Shown here: one piece after another, positions 58,201 to 64,000 of the stretch
How positions within the stretch are numbered: position 1 is the first letter of the stretch
Layout: each line of letters opens with the position of its first letter
From: Alphaproteobacteria bacterium
GTDB lineage: Bacteria; Pseudomonadota; Alphaproteobacteria; MPNO01
DNA: 64,000 nucleotides
Reading direction: 5' to 3'
Assembly: GCA_965248835.1 (NCBI GenBank)
Contig: CBDFLJ010000002.1
Coordinates: forward strand, 2,542,848 to 2,606,847
Program-made: the position numbers and the translations under genes
Notes under the pieces: generated by a model
Told to the model about the DNA's origin: nothing
What the model saw: the letters and a program-made list of their open reading frames with translations, nothing else
Database searches by the model: none

Positions 58201-59721
58201 TCAGGCGCCGGTGGTCTCGCGCGGCACGAGCATGTCGTACCACGGCTTGTTCTCGCGCGTCTTGGCGTCATCGACGTGAAGCGCCTTGACCTCGGTATAT
58301 TCGTTCAGCCCCTCCTCGCCGAACTCCCGGCCGATGCCGGACTGCTTGTAGCCGCCGAACGGCATGCGCTCGCTCAGCAGGTGCCAGTCGTTGACCCAGA
58401 CCGTGCCTGTCCGCATACGCCCGGCGACCGCGCGGGCCCGGTCGATATCCTCGCTCCAGACGCCGCCGCCGAGCCCGAAGATCGAATCGTTGGCGATCGC
58501 CACCGCCTGGTCTTCGGTGTCGTATTTGAGCACGCACAAGACCGGGCCGAAGATCTCCTCCTGGGCGATCCGCATGTCGTTGGTGACGTTGGTGAACACG
58601 GTAGGCTTGATGAAACAGCCCTTGCCCAGTGCGCCTTCGGTCGCCCGCACGCCACCGCAGACGAGCGTTGCGCCTTCCTTCCTGCCGATCTCGATATAGT
58701 CGAGCACCGTCTGCATGTGGCGCTCGGAGACGACCGGGCCGACCTTGGTCGCCGGATCCAGCGGGTCGCCCATCGGCAGCGCCTCGAGCTTGGCGACCAT
58801 CCGGGCGACGAAGTCGTCATGCTGCTGTTCGGGCAGCAGCAGTCGGGTGCCGGACTCGCAGACCTGCCCCTGGTGATAGAACGAGGCGAAGATCGAGCCG
58901 TCGACGGCGATGTCCCAGTTGGCGTCGTTGAGAACGATGTTGGCCGACTTGCCGCCGCATTCGAGCGTGACCTTCTTCAGCGTGCCCGATGCCTTCGCCA
59001 TGATGTCGCGGCCGACCTCGGTCGAGCCGGTGAAGGCGACCTTGTCGACGTCCGGGCTGGTGGTCAGCACCTCGCCGATCTTGCCGCCGGGGCCGGTGAT
59101 GATGTTGACCACGCCGGGCGGGAAGCCGACTTCGTCGATAATCCGGGCCAGCTCCATTGCGTTCAGCGGTGTGTCGGTCGCCGGCTTGAGCACGATCGTG
59201 TTGCCGGTCGCCAGCGCCGGTCCCAGCTTCCAGACCGCCATCAACAGCGGGAAGTTCCACGGGATGATCGAGGCGCACACCCCGATCGGCTCGCGGATGG
59301 TGTAATTGTAGGATCGCCCGGCGCGCGACATTCCCTCGATCTCGCGTGCCTCGGCGTTGTAGATCTTGGCCATCTCGGCGAAATAGGCCATCTGGCGCTG
59401 GGCGAGATAGGCATCGGCGCCGCACTTGGTGATCGTGCCGCCGGAGTCGCGGGATTCGTTGGCGGCAAGCTCCTTCTGGCGCTCCTTCATGATCGCCGCG
59501 ACCTTGCCGATCAGTTCCGAGCGCGCCTCGCCGCTCATGGACGGCCACGGACCCTCGTCGAAGGCCTTGCGCGCGGCGGCGATCGCCTTCCTGGCATCGT
59601 TCGCGCTCGCCACGGGGATGTTTGCGATCGCCTCGCCGTTGGCGGGGTTGCAGGTGGGCTGGGTGGCGCCGCCCTCCGCATCGACGAACTCGCCACCGAT
59701 ATAGAGCCGATAGGTCTCCAT
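58201..59721 (-). CDS. Aldehyde dehydrogenase family protein
   Basis: 'IIPWNFP', 'FTGSTEVG', 'LECGGKS', 'GQVCESG', 'EEIFGPV', 'PFGGYKQSG'. Confidence 0.95.
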   Translation of the reverse strand: METYRLYIGGEFVDAEGGATQPTCNPANGEAIANIPVASANDARKAIAAARKAFDEGPWPSMSGEARSELIGKVAAIMKERQKELAANESRDSGGTITKCGADAYLAQRQMAYFAEMAKIYNAEAREIEGMSRAGRSYNYTIREPIGVCASIIPWNFPLLMAVWKLGPALATGNTIVLKPATDTPLNAMELARIIDEVGFPPGVVNIITGPGGKIGEVLTTSPDVDKVAFTGSTEVGRDIMAKASGTLKKVTLECGGKSANIVLNDANWDIAVDGSIFASFYHQGQVCESGTRLLLPEQQHDDFVARMVAKLEALPMGDPLDPATKVGPVVSERHMQTVLDYIEIGRKEGATLVCGGVRATEGALGKGCFIKPTVFTNVTNDMRIAQEEIFGPVLCVLKYDTEDQAVAIANDSIFGLGGGVWSEDIDRARAVAGRMRTGTVWVNDWHLLSERMPFGGYKQSGIGREFGEEGLNEYTEVKALHVDDAKTRENKPWYDMLVPRETTGA

Positions 59722-59853
59722 GTCTGCCCGTTCTCCCTGGATCTCGGTTTGCGCGGTGGCGGAGATATACCCAGTGCCGTACGGCCGGTCCATAGCGCGC
59801 GCGGGTCGGCGCTGCTAGGTTCGCGCGGATCGGGAAGAATGCGAGGAGTCGGC

Positions 59854-60690
59854 ATGGCACGCAGCACGACTGCGAAATCCAGGGCGCGGGCCAAGAAGGT
59901 CTACGAGAACATCATCGTCGCCCGGCGCAAGGGCGCGCTCGAGATCACCTTCAACCGGCCGAGCGTGATGAACGCCATAAACGAGCCGATGGCCGACGAT
60001 ATCATGGACTCGATGGCCGAGGCCGAGATGGACCGCAAGGTGCTCGCAGTCATCTTCCAGGGCGACGAGCGCGCGTTCTGCGCCGGGGCCGATGTCAGCG
60101 GCTTCCGCGACCGGCCGCAGGACCGCTATGACAACTACCGGGCGCGCTACAACACCAGGCGCAACCGGCTACTCTACAAGTACATGCAGGGCTACACCAA
60201 GCCGGTCATCTCGGCGGTCGAGGGCTATTGCCTGGGCGGCGGGTTCGAGCTTGCGATGCTGGGCGATATCATCGTCGCCGGCGAGGCGGCCCGGATCGGA
60301 CTGCCCGAGACCCGGCTGGGGCTCATCCCCGGCGCCGGCGGCACCCAGACCCTGACGCGGCTGATCGGCCCGGCGCTGGCCAAGGAAATGATCTGGACCG
60401 CGCGGCGGCTGACGGCGGAGGAGGCCAAGGAGTTCCGCATCGTCAACCACGTCACCCCCAAGGGCGGTGCGCTCGCCAAGGCGCGCGAGATCGTCGAGGC
60501 GATGTCGAAGAACGGCCCGCTCGCCATCATGATGGTCAAGCAGTCGATAAACCGCGGCATGGACATACCGCTGTCACTGGGCTTCCAGCAGGAAGCCGAT
60601 CTCGCCTACATGCTGACCTGGTCGAACGACCGCGCCGAGGGGTTGAAAGCATTCGGCGAGCGCCGCCCGGCGAACTTCAAAGGGGAGTAG
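59854..60690 (+). CDS. Enoyl-CoA hydratase/isomerase family protein
   Basis: 'AFCAGAD', 'GGGFELA', 'LPETRLGLIPGAGG' (both catalytic Glu present); RBS GAGGAG. Confidence 0.93.
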   Translation: MARSTTAKSRARAKKVYENIIVARRKGALEITFNRPSVMNAINEPMADDIMDSMAEAEMDRKVLAVIFQGDERAFCAGADVSGFRDRPQDRYDNYRARYNTRRNRLLYKYMQGYTKPVISAVEGYCLGGGFELAMLGDIIVAGEAARIGLPETRLGLIPGAGGTQTLTRLIGPALAKEMIWTARRLTAEEAKEFRIVNHVTPKGGALAKAREIVEAMSKNGPLAIMMVKQSINRGMDIPLSLGFQQEADLAYMLTWSNDRAEGLKAFGERRPANFKGE

Positions 60691-60691
60691 G

Positions 60692-61873
60692 ATGAAAGGC
60701 AACTATCTGGCGAAGCGCGACGTCTGCATCGTCGCATTCGCCGAGACCAAGATCGACCGGCGCACCGGGAAGTCGGCCTATGAGCTGGCCGCCGAAGTCG
60801 CCGAGGCACTTTACCGCCAGACCAAGATGGGTCCGTCGGACATCGATGGGGTGACCTTCACCGTGCCGCTGAGCGAAGCGGGCAACCCGTTCTGGTCGAA
60901 CTACGCGACCGACTATCTGGGGATCAGCGCGCGCTGGCTTCAGACCTCCGATATCGGCGGCGCCTCGGCGACCGGCAACGTCGCGCGCGCGGCGATGGCG
61001 ATCCAGAACGGCTGGTGCGAAACGGTCATGATCCTCGGCTCGGACGCGCCGTCGACCAATTGGCGCGCGAGCTACGGCTGCTACCGCAACGAGTTCTGGG
61101 ACCCGGTCGGGATCCAGGGTCCGCCGGGCGCTTTCGGCCTCTTGATGAACCGCTACATGGCCCAGCACGAGCTGGATTTCACCGGGCTGGGCGCGCTCGC
61201 GGTTGCCCAGCGCAACGGCGCGGTCGCCAATAGGAACGCCTATGAGAGCTTCCGCAAGAAGATCACCGTGGACGACTATTTGAACTCCCGCATGGTGTCG
61301 AGCCCGCTTCGGCTGCTCGACTCGGTGATGTTTTGCGACGGTGCCAACGGGCTGATGATGATGAAGACCAGCCGGGCGCGCCGGCTCGGCTTCACCGACC
61401 GGGTCTACCCGGTGAGCTATTCGGAGATCTCGAACTTCAACGGCGCCGAGCAGACGCCGGACATAACCAGGACCGGCCATTCCGTCGTCGGGCCCGAGGC
61501 GCTGAAGATGGCCGGGCTGAAGCCCAAGGACATCGACATGCTCCACCCCTATGACGATTTCCTGATCGCGGTCATGCTCAAGCTCGAGCAGATGGGCTTC
61601 TGCAAGGAGGGGCGCGGCTCGCAGTTCCTGCGCGATACCGACATCGGACCCAAGGGCGCGCTGCCGATCAATACCGGCGGCGGGCAGATCGGCTGCGGCC
61701 AGCCGGGGCTTGCCGGCGGCGGCGTCAACCTGGTCGAGGCGGTCCGCCAGCTCATGGGCCAGGCCGGAAGGCGCCAGGTGCCGAGCGCGCGCAACGCCTT
61801 GGTCACCGGGATCGGCGTCATCCCCTACGGCCGCAACTGGGGAACGAGTTCGGCGATGGTTCTGGAGAACTGA
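60692..61873 (+). CDS. SCP-x-type thiolase superfamily protein, probably an Ltp2-like aldolase
   Basis: 'SSPLRLLD', 'DGA', 'YDDF', 'PINTGGG', 'VEAVRQLMGQAG.RQV'; 'GGAS' where thiolases have the catalytic Cys. Confidence 0.85.
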   Translation: MKGNYLAKRDVCIVAFAETKIDRRTGKSAYELAAEVAEALYRQTKMGPSDIDGVTFTVPLSEAGNPFWSNYATDYLGISARWLQTSDIGGASATGNVARAAMAIQNGWCETVMILGSDAPSTNWRASYGCYRNEFWDPVGIQGPPGAFGLLMNRYMAQHELDFTGLGALAVAQRNGAVANRNAYESFRKKITVDDYLNSRMVSSPLRLLDSVMFCDGANGLMMMKTSRARRLGFTDRVYPVSYSEISNFNGAEQTPDITRTGHSVVGPEALKMAGLKPKDIDMLHPYDDFLIAVMLKLEQMGFCKEGRGSQFLRDTDIGPKGALPINTGGGQIGCGQPGLAGGGVNLVEAVRQLMGQAGRRQVPSARNALVTGIGVIPYGRNWGTSSAMVLEN

Positions 61874-61894
61874 AGGGTCAGGGGGGATTCTTCA

Positions 61895-62308
61895 ATGAAC
61901 AACCAGACGCGGCCGCGCCCGGTCCCGCAGCCGACGCCGGCCACCCAGCCGTTCTGGGACGGCGCCAGGCAGAAGAAGCTGATGCTGCAATACGACCCGG
62001 TCTCGCGGCGCTACCAGTTCTGGCCGCGCGCATGCAGCGTGCGCACCGGCAGGCGGAACCTGCGCTGGCGGGAGGCCAAGGGAAGCGGCACGCTGTATTC
62101 GTTCACCCAGACCCATGTGCCGACCGCCGGCTTCGAGGGCAAGGCGCCCTATCTGATCGGGCTGGTCGAGCTCGACGAGGGTGTGCGCATCGTCGCCAAC
62201 CTGATCAACGTCGCCTCGGACCAGGTCGCGATCGGCATGCGGCTCACGCTTGCCTGGGAGCCGATCTCCGAGGACCTGAACTACTTCGCCTTCGAGCCCG
62301 CAGGGTAG
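61895..62308 (+). CDS. DUF35 OB-fold protein (ChsH2 C-terminal-like)
   Basis: 'TQPFWDGA...LMLQ', 'GTLYSFT', 'PYLIGLVELDEGVRIVAN', 'IGMR'. Confidence 0.88.
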   Translation: MNNQTRPRPVPQPTPATQPFWDGARQKKLMLQYDPVSRRYQFWPRACSVRTGRRNLRWREAKGSGTLYSFTQTHVPTAGFEGKAPYLIGLVELDEGVRIVANLINVASDQVAIGMRLTLAWEPISEDLNYFAFEPAG

Positions 62309-64000
62309 GCATTCGGGCCGGCATCCGGGGCGGGCGGCGCCGGCCTCGCGGAATCGCGCGCCAGATGCGTTCCGGCGTCGCCGGCATCGGGATATGGGTG
62401 ATGCCCCAGGGCGATAGCGCATCGACGACCGCGTTGACGATGGCCGCCGGTGCGCCGACGTTCCCCGCCTCGCTGCCGCCTTTGGTGCCGAGTTCGTTGG
62501 TGGCGGTCGCAACCAGCGCGACCTCGGCGATGATGTCGGGCATGATGTCGGCACGCGGCATGCCGTAGTCCATGAACGAGCCGGTCAGGAGCTGGCCGCT
62601 GTCGCGGTCGTAGACCATCTGCTCGACCAGCGCCTCGCCGAGGCCCTGCGCGACCGAGCCGTGCACCTGCCCGTGGAGGGTGAGCGGGTTGACCACCACA
62701 CCGACATCGTCGACCGCGCACAGGCGTTCCACGGTGATCGTGCCGGTCTCGGTGTCGACCACGACCTCGCAGACCATGCAACCGTTGGGAAAGGTGTAAG
62801 ACCCCTCGTGGGCGCCGACGCCGTCGAGCCCGACCCCGAACTCCGGCGGAATTCCGGCGCCGGCATAGGACATCCGCGCGACCTCACCGAAGGTGACGCT
62901 CCGGTCGGTGCCGGCGACATGGAAGACGCCGCCCTCGAATTCGATGTCGGCTTCGGAGACCTCGAGCATCCAGGCGCTCAACCGCCGACCCTTGGCAATG
63001 ACGTCCTCGGCGGCCAGCTTGAGCGCCGACCCGCCGGTGCTCATGCTGCGCTGGGCGAAGGTCCCCCGGCCGAACAGGATCTTGTCGGTGTCGCCCTGGA
63101 AGAGGTGCACCTGTTCCATCGCCACACCGAGCCAGCCGGAGACCATCTGGGCGAACATGGTCTCGTGGCCCTGCCCGGTCGACAGCGTGCCGACGTGGAG
63201 CGCGACCGAGCCCGTGCGGTCGACCCGGATCTCCATCCGTTCCGAGAACGTGCCGGCGCGTTGGCAATGCATGGCGAGCCCGATGCCCCGCCGCCGGCCG
63301 GCGCGTGCGCACGCGGCCCGGCGGCGTTCGAACCCCTGCCAGTCGGCGAGTGCGAGCGCCTGGTCCAAGACGCGTTCGAAATCTCCCGAATCGTAGACAT
63401 AGCCGCCCGGCGTCCGGTACGGCATGGCCCGGGCAGGGATGAGATTGCGCCGGCGCAGCACGACCGGATCGATGCCCATCTCGCGTGCCGCGTTGTCGAC
63501 CAGACGCTCGAGCACGAAGCTCGCCTCGGGCTTGGCCGAGCCGCGGTAGGGGCCGAGCTGCACGGTGTTGGTGAAGGCGGCACGAACGACCGCATGGATC
63601 AGCGGCACGTCGTAGGTGCCGGGATAGCTGATGGCTGCATTGCGCGGCGGAACGCCGGCCGAGATGCTGAGATAGGCGCCGAGATCGATGGTGACCGAGG
63701 TCCGGAACGCAAGGATTCGCCCGTCGCCGTCCAGCGCGAGCTCGGCCTCGGCGATCTGATGCCGCCCGTGCATGTCCGAGGCGAGACTCTCGCTCCGGTC
63801 CGCGGTCCATTTCACCGGCCGTGCGAGCTTGCCGGCGGCCCAGACGACCAGGGCCTCTTCCGGATAGATCTGGCCCTTCATGCCGAACCCGCCGCCAACA
63901 TCGGGGGCGATCACCCTGAGGCGCGCGGCGGGAATGCCGAGCAGGTCGGAGATCGTGTCCTTCACTTCGTGCGGGCTTTGCGCGCTGGTGCAGAGCGTGC
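62244..64000 (-). CDS. XDH/CoxL-family molybdopterin-binding large subunit, 5'-partial
   Basis: 'DVGGGFGMK', 'GPYRGSAKPEA', 'GQGHET', 'KGGSEAG', 'MPATPERIW'. The frame is open to the window edge. Confidence 0.92.
   Translation of the reverse strand, partial: TLCTSAQSPHEVKDTISDLLGIPAARLRVIAPDVGGGFGMKGQIYPEEALVVWAAGKLARPVKWTADRSESLASDMHGRHQIAEAELALDGDGRILAFRTSVTIDLGAYLSISAGVPPRNAAISYPGTYDVPLIHAVVRAAFTNTVQLGPYRGSAKPEASFVLERLVDNAAREMGIDPVVLRRRNLIPARAMPYRTPGGYVYDSGDFERVLDQALALADWQGFERRRAACARAGRRRGIGLAMHCQRAGTFSERMEIRVDRTGSVALHVGTLSTGQGHETMFAQMVSGWLGVAMEQVHLFQGDTDKILFGRGTFAQRSMSTGGSALKLAAEDVIAKGRRLSAWMLEVSEADIEFEGGVFHVAGTDRSVTFGEVARMSYAGAGIPPEFGVGLDGVGAHEGSYTFPNGCMVCEVVVDTETGTITVERLCAVDDVGVVVNPLTLHGQVHGSVAQGLGEALVEQMVYDRDSGQLLTGSFMDYGMPRADIMPDIIAEVALVATATNELGTKGGSEAGNVGAPAAIVNAVVDALSPWGITHIPMPATPERIWRAIPRGRRRPPRMPARMPTLRARRRSSSGPRRSAPRQA

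Noticed and set aside
56341-60690. 1449-aa ORF on the + strand
   Set aside because: Only the last 278 aa or so are a real enoyl-CoA hydratase. The rest is off-frame or antisense shadow of the DMT, Gfo and ALDH genes, which is common in high-GC DNA.

Overview
This is a high-GC (roughly 68-70% by eye) alphaproteobacterial chromosomal window, probably from a Rhodospirillales/Kiloniellales-like lineage (inferred from gene content), with about 62 protein-coding genes. I recognised no rRNA, tRNA, CRISPR array, transposase, integrase or transcriptional regulator. The left arm (1-21.9 kb) is catabolic: a disrupted CocE/NonD hydrolase, an Fcs-like acyl-CoA synthetase, an orphan nitrile-hydratase-beta-like gene, a MetE-II family enzyme, GST/HCCA isomerase/SDR, a class III CoA transferase, and a molybdenum-hydroxylase cluster with an NMT1-type ABC transporter and cupins. 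The centre (21.9-52.9 kb) is the alphaproteobacterial core block amiC / rne / aminotransferase / M48-DsbA / aroQ-accB-accC-aat / mlaD / clpAS / pgm-ugd-galU, interrupted by several extra genes. The right arm (53-64 kb) is catabolic again: a Mo-bisPGD oxidoreductase, ALDH, an enoyl-CoA hydratase plus Cys-less thiolase plus DUF35 module, and a third XDH-family large subunit. The best candidate for an undescribed system is a four-gene cassette with its own promoter between rne and amiC (23193-25709). It encodes a single-chain protein of three near-identical tandem Rid/YjgF domains (417-bp period), two paralogous small muconolactone-isomerase/DUF3303-like proteins, and a gamma-carbonic-anhydrase-like protein. 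A degenerate dispersed palindromic repeat also sits at the stop codons of several genes and appears to supply C-terminal coding sequence to two of them. All family assignments come from motif recognition by eye; no database searches were run.
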